DNA of 64,000 nucleotides from Oopsacas minuta (Eukaryota > Animalia > Porifera). The stretch lies in contig JAKMXF010000301.1 in assembly GCA_024704765.1 (NCBI GenBank), positions 1-64,000 on the forward strand, written 5' to 3'. Both the position numbers and the translations under genes were made by a program. The stretch's first letter is position 1, and each line of letters starts with the position of its first letter. Positions 11,394 to 22,882 of this stretch are shown one piece after another. The notes under the pieces are model-generated. The model did no database searches. It saw only the letters and a list, made by a program, of their open reading frames with translations, and was not told the DNA's origin.

Positions 11394-12539
11394 TAATTAT
11401 CGATTGAATTAGGCTGAAAGAACAGCCAATATTCGAGGGTAGATAATTTTATTTGTTGTAATTAAGAGTATTTATTCGTAGCAACATATTTACAAATCAC
11501 CCAACCCCATGATTTTCGTCACTAAATGGGTTGCTACAAAATAAGACTCTAAATTTAATGCATTAAGAATTTTAGCGTGCATGATTGTATATTTCATTCA
11601 AATTAACCTAAGTGACTAGCTATTTCGAATTTCTTCCAAACCCCCTTAAACTTTTAGCTTTTTTTATCTTTTTACTCAATTTCAAAGTACTAACGGCTTC
11701 ACGTATCATGAGTATTGATTAGATGTCGATCTAGCGTTGTCTAATGCTAAATGCTTCCATCATCTAAACGAACATATGTCCAAATATTCGTTGGATATGA
11801 TTACGAACAATGATTTCACTCCTAGAAATAATAATACAAAATATCTAGAGCGGTGGGTGTCAATAGGTTCATAGCAAATACAGTCAGACTCGGATAAGAT
11901 GAATCGAACGCATTGGGGTAATATAAATCAGTACGTATTATTCGAGAGTACGTCTTATTCGGATAGATATTGTATAGAAATGAATAGGAAATATTTTTTG
12001 GGAAGAAAGAAATAGTAAGCAAATGCTAGACAACACCTTCAAAGTGCTCTAGATGTATCTACTGAGGTTACTGGCGGCAATAGGTGCAACATTCACCTGG
12101 AATGGAAAAATGAATGTCATTGGGGGATATTCATTCAAGGAGTGTANTAATCACTATAATAAGAGAGTAGTCGAAAATGCAATGGAATGAAGTCTTTGGA
12201 ATGTATTAGTTGCTTAGATACTGGAATTTAAGTTCATTGACATAAATGAATATCTGTGGTTTTCAAGAATAATTTCTGAGCAAGAAATTGTAATGCTTAT
12301 ATACATTCCAGTTGTTCCTAAACTAAATGATGGATCATAACAATTTAGACATTTCAAGTAATTGGATATTTCTCTTTCCAATGAACTTTAAATGGTTACT
12401 AAATATCGGATTGAAATTTTGATCAATTTCCAGGGGGGTGTGCCACTGTGGTAAATGGCTTTGATAATTGAAGTATTTGCTAGCACCTATTGTTAATGAA
12501 TAATGAGGAATATGATACCACTTTTTTGACCTGAGGTCG

Positions 12540-12660
12540 TATCTCTGTTTCGCTTTCTATAACCCACAGCGCCCCCCCTAGCGCCCCCTTGCTGCGTGGC
12601 CGCCCCCCTACAACCCTTCAGCGCCCCCAGGGGGCTCTACGGCCCACTTTGAGAAACACC
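12540..12660. mobile_element. hAT (Charlie-like) terminal fragment
   Basis: GC-rich cgccccc repeats ending in ggcccactttgagaaacac, the reverse complement of a CAGTGTTTCTCAAAGTGGG-type hAT end. No partner end was found. Confidence 0.5.
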
Positions 12661-12743
12661 ACTAGAGTATGTCTGTGAAAAATTTTAGAAATTGGTCTTA
12701 TGCGATTTTAAGGACCATGGATGTCGTTGAAGTCCATCGATTA

Positions 12744-14897
12744 CACTGTTCAAAATATTTTTTTCAAATTTTGTTGCATGGGATTTTTTAACTGTTCTAT
12801 ATAATTTTGGGACGCTAATTTCAAATCTGCAATCAGTTTCTTTCTGCATGCTCTAGTTTTCATGCAATCGACAATTCAAATTTTTTTGTTTGTGGTGCTT
12901 ATTTAGTAAATAATTCTGATCTCCACCAAATACTTTTTTATCTATCAAGCCATTTTTCTTTTTGTATGCATCATCTGGTTCCATTGTGAACATTTGTTAG
13001 TCATAGCTGAATGATGAGCACGTGGTGAATGAGTATTTTGCAGGCCTGATTACTCAACAGGTTTTCAAAGTTAAGGCTATTTGTTTGTGCTTTGTCATCC
13101 TTTTATATTATCAGCTATACGACCTGTCCCGCACTCTGATAGACTTCCTCCTCCGGTCTCTAATGATTTTGCTTTTGCTGATGATGACGAAACTGAATTG
13201 GAAAGGGAAGAGATCGTAGAAATGGATTATCAAAAAATAGACACAGAATCAGAATCTGAAGATTCTTCTTGTGAAACCAGAGTAACTGTCCACCAGCAGT
13301 TAATCAATCAGAACTGAATGACTTAGTACGTGATTTAGATCTGCCCAAACAATCAGCTGAGCTCTTAGCCTCCACGATCAAAGAACAACAGGTGCTGGAT
13401 CGAACTGTAAGGTTTCCTTTTTTCGAAAAAGAGAAGAACTCCTTCTACCCTATTTTCCAGTGGAAAATAAGCTGGTATATTGCAACGATATTCCTGGTCT
13501 TCTCGGACAACTGGGTATCTCCTCATATGATCCAGGAGAATGGCGATTGTTTTTGGACAGTTCCAAGCGCAGCCCAAGTGTGTTCTTTTACACAATGGAA
13601 ATGTTTATGGAGCTGTTCCAGTTGGTCACTCCACTATCTTGAAGGAACAGCATGATGACATTAGAATAGTTATGGATTTACTCGGATATCATGATCACAA
13701 CTGAATCATTTGTGTTGACCTCAAAATGGTTAGTTTTCTGCTAGCTCAGCAAAAGGATACACTAATTCTCCATGTTATCTGTGTATGTGAGACAGCAGAG
13801 CACTTGAAAACATTGGACACAGAAGGAGTGGCCCTTACGTGAACCATTTCAAGTTGGCATGCCTAACGTAACACACGACCCGATCGTAAGGAGAGACAAA
13901 ATTGTTTTTCCGCCCCTGCACATCAAGCTAGGTTTCATGAAACAGTTCGTTAAAGCCCTAAATCCTGACAATGAATCCTTTCATCATCTTGTGTATACTT
14001 TCCCTGCTTTGTCATATGGTAAAATCAAAACAGGAGTATTTGATTGACCACAGATACGCACACTTATTCGCCACAAAACTTTATTCAGAAAATGAATGTC
14101 AAGGAGAAAGCTGCATGGCTATCTTTTGTGGATGTTAAACAGAACTTTCTTGGTAACAGAATGGCTCCAAACTATGAAATGCTTGTATCCGAGATGCTCT
14201 CAGGGTTTCGTGATTTAGGATGCAACATGAGCATAAAAGTACATTTTCTGTACAGCCACCTGGACAAATTCCCTGAAAACCTTGGGGCTGTCAGTGACGA
14301 ACAGGGAGAGCGTTTCCACCAGGATCTTATGACAGTGGAAGAACGCTACCAAGGTCGATGGGATCGACATATGATGGCAGACTATTGTTGGGGCATTATA
14401 CGTGACTGTCCTCACAAAGCGTACAAACGCAGAAGTTATAAGAGGAAATTTTGTCCAGAGTTGTAGAATATTTGAATCTTTTGCATCTTGTCATTGATCG
14501 CTTTAAGTTACTATTGTAGATTACCATCGTTCTTTTCTATGTCATTTTACAAAAAAATCAATTTTTACATGCATATTACCAGCAAAACTGTTGTTTTTTA
14601 CATTTTTTAAACATTTGTTGCCTATCTGTCTACAAATACAATTCTATTGGCAACATAAAAGTTTTTTGGCACCTATTTTTGTTTTGAGGCTAGTTATTCA
14701 ACTGTGAGCAGAACATCATTTGACACATCATGTCACTTTTTCAAATATTTGAATTTAGTGCAAAAAATTTAAACATCTCGATTTGCAAAAAGTCTAGAGC
14801 TTGCAGAAAAAACTAAGTTCGGATTCGGAATCAGCGCCCCAAAATTAGGTAAAAACAGGTGTTGGTAGAAATGCAACAAAATTTTTGTTGAGAAGTG
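12744..14897 (+). mobile_element. Chapaev3-type (CMC) DNA transposon, degenerate, N-terminal transposase region deleted
   Basis: TTA|CAC...GTG|TTA (3-bp duplication) with imperfect subterminal inverted repeats (aaattttgttgcat; gctgattcc/gctaatttc...gctctag). Fragmented transposase 13081-14466 carries SAIRPVPHS, PPLHIKLG, SHLDKFPENLGAVSDEQGERFHQD and MMADYCW. Confidence 0.82.
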
Positions 14898-15603
14898 TTA
14901 TGTAACAATACCATATTATATGTAGATAAAATATTACACAGTCTAAGAAGTAATGGCAGATTGGTGTACTACAAGAATACAATAAGAAAGTGACACATTA
15001 GAGAAATATGAGTTGGGTTTAGAGACAATATTAATAGGAAGTATTTGGGTTTCAACGTCTTCAATTTTCGAGTGTTTACTACACTAGACTTCAAGGGTAG
15101 CAAGGCATTCATATTTTCATTTTATTGGATAAGATACAGTTTGAAGTAGGGTCAATAATTTGGCTAATATATCTCACATTAGCGTACCACAACTGCTGCA
15201 CATCTCTCTCCAGATTACAGCTTGTTCATTCTCTAAATTTGTAATTGTATCGATAAGAATTTTTTGGATGGACCGGTAACAAAACTACCGAGTAAGTCTG
15301 GCTGATTCTCAATAGCAGGGAACAATTTACACAATGTTATAATTGCGTCGATCACACAACTTGGTCATTTTAGTGAGTTGCGATCGATTATCTGAATTAG
15401 TCTATTTTTAGAATTTGAAGGCTCTTCAATTTCCATTTCTTGATATTTTAAGAGAAATGAGAGACAAGATTGACATTTGTCAGAAAGTGTAAAAGATATA
15501 AACTGAGTAACCTGTTATGAAACAGAGTGATGAAGTAATTGAGTATTTAATACGTACACCAAGGGTACTGTCGAGACTTATACACGTGATCTATTTGAAT
15601 GTA

Positions 15604-16917
15604 CAAAGGGTATTCATTTAATTCGTAACTCTTAGAATATTTGTATTATATAAGTGAGATAAGCCTCAAATGCTACTATAAATGTTCAAAGTAGTCTCCC
15701 TTGTGCTCAACTACAAGCTTTAAACGCTCTATCCACTTGAAAAATGTTTTTTTATACTCTTCTTGTGGTATGTCTCTGAGGTACCGTTGGATGGCCCTTC
15801 CAATTTGCATCCGTTCTCCAAAAACTGTACCTGCTAGGTGCTTTTTGAGCCCATCGAATAGCCAGAAGTCGCAAGGTGCTAGGTCAGGGCTATAAGGTGG
15901 ATGTTCCAATTCCTCAAGACCTATAGAAGCAATCTTTTCCTTGACTTCCTTAGATTTGTGCGGTCTGGCATTATCATACAAAATTTTGATTCCTCTAAGA
16001 CCCGTGGCTGGCCGACGTTCAATATAATGTTTTTCGATTTCCGGAAGAACAACTGTTGCATATAAGTGCCCGGTAACTGTTTGCCCCTTAGGAGTACAGA
16101 TTTGGCAGACTGGACCATGTGCATCGAAAAATATGGTGTATGATCTGGTCTTGGTAGTGCTGGGGGAGAAGTCCCTTTTACAATCTATACCTTGTTCTGT
16201 TCTTTCCGAGTTGACTCTGAATATCTTATCCACGTCTCATCACCGGTACATATTTCAAATAGTCGCCTCTTCACATTGATCATACTTTTCAAGCAGTTTT
16301 TTTGCATTTCTCACCTGGGTCTTCTTTTGAGTCTGATTCAACAAATATGGGACCCAACGTGAGCAGACCTTGGACACACCAAGATGCTTGGTCAGAATTG
16401 CATGAACACTTCCCGTTGACAAAGTTAGGCTGGTAGCTAACTGCTCTATCGTAATATGGGGATCAGAGTCACACATTTCAGCTACAAGAGAATATTGTTT
16501 GCAGTGGTAGCAATTATAGGTTGCCCCATCCGAGGGTCATCTTCAACCGACACCCTACCTTCACGAAAACGTAGACTCCACTTCTTAACGGTTGATTCCG
16601 AACAGGCCTCCCCACCATATACCTGTACAAAATCTTGGTGGATATTCCTTGGCGTATCGCCGAGTAATGAGCGGATTTTGATGTATGCTCTTTGTTCAAG
16701 TAGAAATTCATTAGATTTTGAAGTCATAAATTCCTCTGTGGTTGCTATTACCTATCTTCAAAAGGGTGTATCTCAAAAAGTATTAGATCAATTTGCACAA
16801 AGTATAGTGTCCTAAATAGACGAAAATCTAAGCTATAAATTAGATACAAATAGTGAATACATGTGGTTAAACAATGATGGCAAAACCTAGGGTTACGAAC
16901 TACTTGAAATCCCTTTG
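15604..16917 (-). mobile_element. mariner (DD34D) element, frameshifted
   Basis: TA|caaagggtattcatttaattcgtaac...gttacgaactacttgaaatccctttg|TA, 1314 bp. Motifs WVPYLL, TGDETW, YDNARPH-34-D, YSPDLAPCDF. Confidence 0.92.
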
Positions 16918-17701
16918 TATTATACCTCTGAGTTAAAGTCGATTTAGGAGATTTTGACATTTTTAGACTTGTATAAATCACATAATTTTCAAGTATGAAA
17001 TACTCTGCTCACTTATGCTGATATTTCTCATTGACAATTCGAAAAATTGTGTTCTCATGCGGAATATTTATTGCAGAAATCAGCCCAATAGAAGTTACGT
17101 CACCCAAAATTGTAGATTCATAGTATAATACGTATTATACGTAATACATCTTTATTAAAAGACGTATCAAACAACTTAGCTATAATCACAAGTACCCCAC
17201 AATATAACAAATGCCTAACGTCATCACCGAACAATTGCAAACTAATCATGAAATGATTTCGCATCATTTTTAAAATACTAAAATTGAGAATTTTGTTCTA
17301 TGAGCGATCTCAGCTAAATTATGAAGAATATTTCCCCTAAATAAGACTGCAATAAACCTTAATGGCAGTAAATATTCCGGTGACTTTTAGAAATGCCCCA
17401 TAAGTAGTTATAAAGCATGGCCCCACTTCCTCGAAGACCAATAAATGTCAGAAACCAGGTATAACTATGTACAATCATTGTAAAGTGGAACTTGCATAAA
17501 CCGACATATTTTGGGACATGAAAATTTTGTAGGTTTCTCAAATTGTCGGATTATACTGGCGAATTTGTATTGCCGGAAGCAATTTCACATCAGAATCACT
17601 GTATTCCAATAATTTTTATAATACCCAATTTACGACCCCTGGTATTCTCAATTTTTTACTCAATAGTTTGGATTAATTGATATATATTATTCAATTCTTC
17701 T

Positions 17702-20700
17702 ATGTTTCTCTGGTATCTAATTACCGAAGATCTTTCCACTCAAGATTTCTCATTTCCTGTTACAAGATGTGAACTACAGTCAAAAATTTTACCTTTCTCT
17801 CCAATTTCTAAAAGCCATTTGAAGTCTCTAGAGTTGGCCTATGAAGATTTAGTTACCTCTCCTGCGTATATTCTTAAACATTTTGATTTGTTATTTTCTG
17901 CTCTATTTAATATTTCCAATATTCCAAATTCAATATTTTCTGGAATTTTGAATGCGTTGATTGGGTCTGGATTGGAAATTTGTGATATCATCTTTACAAT
18001 TGCTAATGGTTCTGAAAGTATACTTCTTACATCAAAGCAGAAGTCTATATTATCCACTTGTCTCATGAAGTTGAGTTATTTAATTTCAGAGTTATTCTTT
18101 GAAAAGTTTCCCACATCTTCGCAACCACATAATCAATCTAAGAATTGTTATGACTCGAAAAATTCGGGTATCGATGTCTTTTTCCTTTTTGAGCGTTTTT
18201 TTGAATTATCAAATCAATTATTGTCGGCTGAGATTCAATTAATTTACAGTCCTGATTCAGTTATTGAAACCATCCGTATTATCTTATCTCCTTCTTACTT
18301 AATCTTTGGTTTCCCACCACTTCTAAAACGATTTTCTCCAAATTTTCTACAGTCCATTTGCTCTAGTTTGAATAAATACCCTTCTTTATTCTTTGAAACA
18401 GGAATTAAAGTTACCGAAGTTTTACTAAGTTCACAGCAGTCTATACCTCCTTATTATTTAAAACCTGAAATTCAAACGTTATTTGAAAAACTTATTCATC
18501 AAGTGCCAAATTTTGGCTGTCAAATTGTTAGAGAAATACTATCCAAAATTCAACTGGATAAGAATTCTTCAGGGTTCAGAATTCTTGGTCCTGTTTTAGC
18601 AATTGTTTTATCTTATGATCATTTTATTGTTGAGGATTGTGTTAATTTCATTTCCCCCCTACTATCTTCTGATTGCCATCTAATCAGAATTGGAGCGCTT
18701 GTAGCATTAACTCAAATTATTCGGAATATATTTAACTTTTATGAAGGTGTTGGAAATCAGTCATATTTATTAAATGTCGCTTCTAACAATTTTAAAAATT
18801 CGTTGCTAAATAACTTAATTGATCACATGTTTGATATAAATGCTTTTGTAAGAAGTCGCTGTATATGCTTAATTACTTCCCTATGGGAGAACGGAATTTT
18901 TCCGATAAATATGCAAACTTCAATCTTGGAAATGTTTTATGGGCGTTTATCTGATAGTAGTGCCCTCGTTCGAAAACAAACTTTCTCTTCTCTAGTTGTA
19001 GTGCTTCAGAAAAATCCATTTAACACAAATATTCTAAATATTAATGCATACGAAATTGCATTGGAAAGAGAAATAAATACTCTGAAAGAAATGGAAGAAT
19101 CATATGATAATTTGCTTTATCAGCTAGAATATATTGACACACAGCTAAATTCTGATATTGAAGAACTAATTGAGTCTAACGAAGATATTTTTAGTATAGA
19201 ACTTGATCCTCAAGGAAGCGAAACTTACTATTCGAGATTTAGCTCCGAAATTGCAATTGGATTTATACCAGATTGCATTGCTGCACTCGATTTGCTTAAG
19301 CGACACAAGCCTGGTCATTGTATTTTCCGACATCAAAGGTCTGATGAAAGGTCTATTATTTTGAGTTTATCGAAACAAGACCTTCTTGCTTTAAGTACTA
19401 TTCTACGAATTAGTAAGCAATCCGACAAATCGAAAGATCCTTGGATACAAATAGAGTCACAGAAGCAAAAGGTGCATTTTCTTCAGTGTGCCATAAAATT
19501 TATCGAGTTAATACATGTTTGTTTTCCCAACGCACTGTCAATGCTTAATTCAAAAGTTTCCTCCGATGTTACATCATCAATATCATTTTTGATGGAATAC
19601 AGAAAGTATAAGCTACCCGATTACTTAGCTAGCTCTACCGCAATTTTCTCCCTTATATCTTCACAACAATTAAATTATCAAGAAATTGCTATGAATACCT
19701 TTATGGAATTTTTCGAGTTAGGCTCTGATTTGAATCATCCAATCTTTGGCCAATATCCTTCAATAGTTCAAACCTTATGTGAAAACATATTTTCTAATGT
19801 CACTTATGTTGAGTTTTATACAAACCGACATATAGTAGAAATGCTTGCCCAACATTGCAAATTCCCATCTGATTTTTGCAATGTTTTACTTCAGCTTTCT
19901 ATTCAGACTCATCTTTTTGCTTCCAACTTTCAGAATAAGATACTGATGTTAATATGCATGATAGGAAAAGGAAATCCTAAATTTCTTTATGACAACATTG
20001 ATTTTATCATCTCTGTCTGTTTTACAAAAAATTTAATGGATCTTGAGATCGGTCGATTGGGTTGTTATGCGTTAAATATCATATGCTCAGGGAATATTTT
20101 GGCCGATCATCATTTTTCAAGATTATTTAATTCACATCAAATTTTCAGTTCGATTCAATTATTTCTTTCGTCTAAACTAACAGATTATGATAGTGATTGG
20201 ACAAGTTTCATGTTTGAATCAATGCTTTTAATATTGCAATTAGCTCGGGCACCATTGATCATGTACATAAATTGTATTTCTAATTGCTCAGACATTGTGA
20301 ATATGATCCTAGATGAAAGAATCAGGTTAATTGGCATTACTCGATTCTTGATGTTAATAGGAAGGGTTGCGCAGCTTCATATTGTACTAATGGAAAATAT
20401 CGTATGTACATCAGAAAAATCTCTACCAGATAACATCTCGGGTCTGATTGTTCCACGTCAAGAAGTAGAATATGAAGATTTGGAAATTATAGACCGTTTA
20501 GATATATCCGATGCCATATTCACTACAAATTATTCTATTTTGGAGGAACTGGTTCATCCTCACGGATTCTTTACAAGATATGTACCTATTCTTATACAAA
20601 TTCTAAAAAGTCAAAGTTTTATTGATTTCGCCATGATATTCAAAAACAATCATTTGGATCATTCACTGCCATCTATATCACAGTTACAATGCAGCGCTGT

Positions 20701-21475
20701 ATTTGCTCTTTGTCAATTTATGTTACTTTCTGTATGCTTATGTGAATTATATATTGAATTACTCATATCATTAATGGCTCTACATCACTGTCCTTATCTC
20801 AGAAACTCTTGTATCTGCGCTGTTTCTGATTTGATATTACGCTATCCTAGCACACTACAACCATGGGTACCTTATTTATACAAGGCTCTTAGAGATTTAT
20901 CCACTATGGTACGTAAACAAGCTATATTGATTATTTGTCATCTTGTCCACATTGATATAATAAAAATACAGGGGAATATTGCTGAAATTGCATTTTTACT
21001 TAAAGATCAAGACTCATCGATTTGCCAGATAGCTCTTCAATTTTTCTCAACGATATCTAAGAATGGTAACATATTATATAATGCGTTGCCAGATATTTTA
21101 AGCAACATGCTTGATATTCCGAACAGACATTTTACTACATCTTTCTTAAAACAAATCTTAAAAATACTATTTTCATATATACAAAAAGAAAAACAGATTG
21201 ATAATCTTATTGAGAAATTACTTTTAAGAATGAAATCAGCAATAAGCAATGACGAAGTAGATCTTATTGCTTATTCAATTGCACTTTTACCACATTCAGA
21301 ACGCACACTAATAATAATAATTTCCCAATTTTCTCACCTCAAGATGGCCTTGCAAGATGAATCAATCAAGTCTAATTTCATCAGCATATCAACAATAATG
21401 CATCGTAAAAGCAAATTATTCCCAGCAATTAGCGAAACACTGTACAATTACGATAATTTACTTAAAACTTTATAA
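17702..21475 (+). CDS. NCAPD2: Condensin complex subunit 1 (CAP-D2/Cnd1), single exon, 1257 aa
   Basis: HEAT-repeat protein with DINAFVRSR...GRLSDSSALVRKQ...KNPF and the C-terminal Cnd1 region (ALCQFMLLS, LRNSCICAVSDL, LRDLSTMVRKQA, IKIQGNIAEIA, LYNALPDILS). Confidence 0.9.
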   Translation: MFLWYLITEDLSTQDFSFPVTRCELQSKILPFSPISKSHLKSLELAYEDLVTSPAYILKHFDLLFSALFNISNIPNSIFSGILNALIGSGLEICDIIFTIANGSESILLTSKQKSILSTCLMKLSYLISELFFEKFPTSSQPHNQSKNCYDSKNSGIDVFFLFERFFELSNQLLSAEIQLIYSPDSVIETIRIILSPSYLIFGFPPLLKRFSPNFLQSICSSLNKYPSLFFETGIKVTEVLLSSQQSIPPYYLKPEIQTLFEKLIHQVPNFGCQIVREILSKIQLDKNSSGFRILGPVLAIVLSYDHFIVEDCVNFISPLLSSDCHLIRIGALVALTQIIRNIFNFYEGVGNQSYLLNVASNNFKNSLLNNLIDHMFDINAFVRSRCICLITSLWENGIFPINMQTSILEMFYGRLSDSSALVRKQTFSSLVVVLQKNPFNTNILNINAYEIALEREINTLKEMEESYDNLLYQLEYIDTQLNSDIEELIESNEDIFSIELDPQGSETYYSRFSSEIAIGFIPDCIAALDLLKRHKPGHCIFRHQRSDERSIILSLSKQDLLALSTILRISKQSDKSKDPWIQIESQKQKVHFLQCAIKFIELIHVCFPNALSMLNSKVSSDVTSSISFLMEYRKYKLPDYLASSTAIFSLISSQQLNYQEIAMNTFMEFFELGSDLNHPIFGQYPSIVQTLCENIFSNVTYVEFYTNRHIVEMLAQHCKFPSDFCNVLLQLSIQTHLFASNFQNKILMLICMIGKGNPKFLYDNIDFIISVCFTKNLMDLEIGRLGCYALNIICSGNILADHHFSRLFNSHQIFSSIQLFLSSKLTDYDSDWTSFMFESMLLILQLARAPLIMYINCISNCSDIVNMILDERIRLIGITRFLMLIGRVAQLHIVLMENIVCTSEKSLPDNISGLIVPRQEVEYEDLEIIDRLDISDAIFTTNYSILEELVHPHGFFTRYVPILIQILKSQSFIDFAMIFKNNHLDHSLPSISQLQCSAVFALCQFMLLSVCLCELYIELLISLMALHHCPYLRNSCICAVSDLILRYPSTLQPWVPYLYKALRDLSTMVRKQAILIICHLVHIDIIKIQGNIAEIAFLLKDQDSSICQIALQFFSTISKNGNILYNALPDILSNMLDIPNRHFTTSFLKQILKILFSYIQKEKQIDNLIEKLLLRMKSAISNDEVDLIAYSIALLPHSERTLIIIISQFSHLKMALQDESIKSNFISISTIMHRKSKLFPAISETLYNYDNLLKTL

Positions 21476-21729
21476 TTATACATTTTGTTAATTATGTTAA
21501 ATCTTTGATTGTTGTATTTGATGGAATCTTTAGGGAAATATCCATTTGTGTTGGTATTAAATCGAATTTTTCAGTTTTAACATTGAAATTAATAATGAAT
21601 TGGTAAATATAAGACGAGTTCATTGTTAAGTCATTATCAGTAATTATCTATACCTATGTTATGCCGTTATTCGCATGATTCGCTTGCATCGATAAACTAC
21701 AAAATAATTAGATATGAAAAATGAATGAA

Positions 21730-21909
21730 CAATGAAACTCGTTATAACGAAGTGTTCGGGATCCTGGAACTCGCTTTCATTTCGTTATAAGCAGTAATAC
21801 TAGTAAGCAAAGTAAGCTCAATTACTTTTATGATATACGGGGGTAAGGAATCACTCCGTTATAAAGGGAGTTTCGTTATAACCGAATCGATTAGAACTAA
21901 TGCTCACTG
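21730..21909. mobile_element. Degenerate Tigger-like MITE
   Basis: Starts caatgaaactcgttataacg, contains repeated cgttataa motifs, ends cactg. Confidence 0.5.
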
Positions 21910-22059
21910 TGATATAATACACTCGTTAGTGGCCTTTGATATATAAGCCCATACTACTGACCATAATTTCATTGACCATGGATTACTTGAAGTCCATGAA
22001 ATTTGATGGGTAATAATATTATTCACGATAATACAAAATTGGTGTATTTTGGCCTGAAT

Positions 22060-22870
22060 AAATGTTTATTGTTAGTTAATAATTAACTCAAGCTATGTCA
22101 TCCGACGAATCCAGGTTCTAAATGATTTTATCTGATTGGCTAGAACGGGAATAAGTTGTGACAACTGGACCATTTTTTAGGCTCTGTAAATTATTAATAT
22201 CTCCTCGTCAATTCCAGAATCAAAACGAATTGATTACCGGCTGTTATCATACAAAGTAACAAAGAAATTCCATGATAAAGTTCTTTGGTTCCAAAGTTAT
22301 AGTAATAACCATGGATGACACATTTCTGCAAATATTCACCTATAACTTGACAACTTTTAACGTTATACCATTTATCTTGCGAACATATGTATATTCCCGA
22401 CTTCCCATATCCTGATAATACAGTTTGATTTCCTATCTGGCAATTAAGATGCAATTTTGAAAATAACCATATATGGTATTATTAAAGACTGTGCAATAAT
22501 CCTAGGACATAGCACATCACAATGTATTGTCAGGGTATGGGAAGTCGGGGTTATACGATATGTTTGCAAGATTACTGACCGTAACATTAAATATTGTCAA
22601 GTTCTAGGTGAAAATTTTGCAGAAATGTGTCATCCATGGTCACTACTACAATTCTGGAATCTGGTTATGACAATTTTTTGATATTTTGTAAGATAAATCC
22701 TTGGTTCATTTGGTGTTAGTTAATTCTAGAGTCAACGAATCTATATTGATTATTTAACAGAGCTTGAAAATGGCACATTTTTCACAACATATTCCCGCTC
22801 TAACCAATCAGATGACGTCTCGTCGGTTGACATAGCTTGTGTTATTATTCAATAACAATAATACGTTTAG
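22060..22870. repeat. Foldback-like long imperfect inverted repeat (~370-bp arms, ~80-bp spacer)
   Basis: The arms pair throughout: caagctatgtca/tgacatagcttg, ccatggatgacacatttctgcaaa/ttgcagaaatgtgtcatccatgg, cccgacttcccata/tatgggaagtcggg. Confidence 0.88.
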
Positions 22871-22882
22871 GGATTACATATA

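Noticed and set aside
12060-12240. Kelch-like fragment (ATFTWNGKMNVIGGYS) as a RAG2-like partner
   Set aside because: It is a single weak blade-like motif with stops, 48 kb from the RAG1-like gene and on its upstream side.
17359-17541. Short ORF upstream of NCAPD2 as a 5' exon or gene
   Set aside because: It is on the opposite strand. At most it is a Tc1/mariner relic (IGLRG...YLWG), too short to support.
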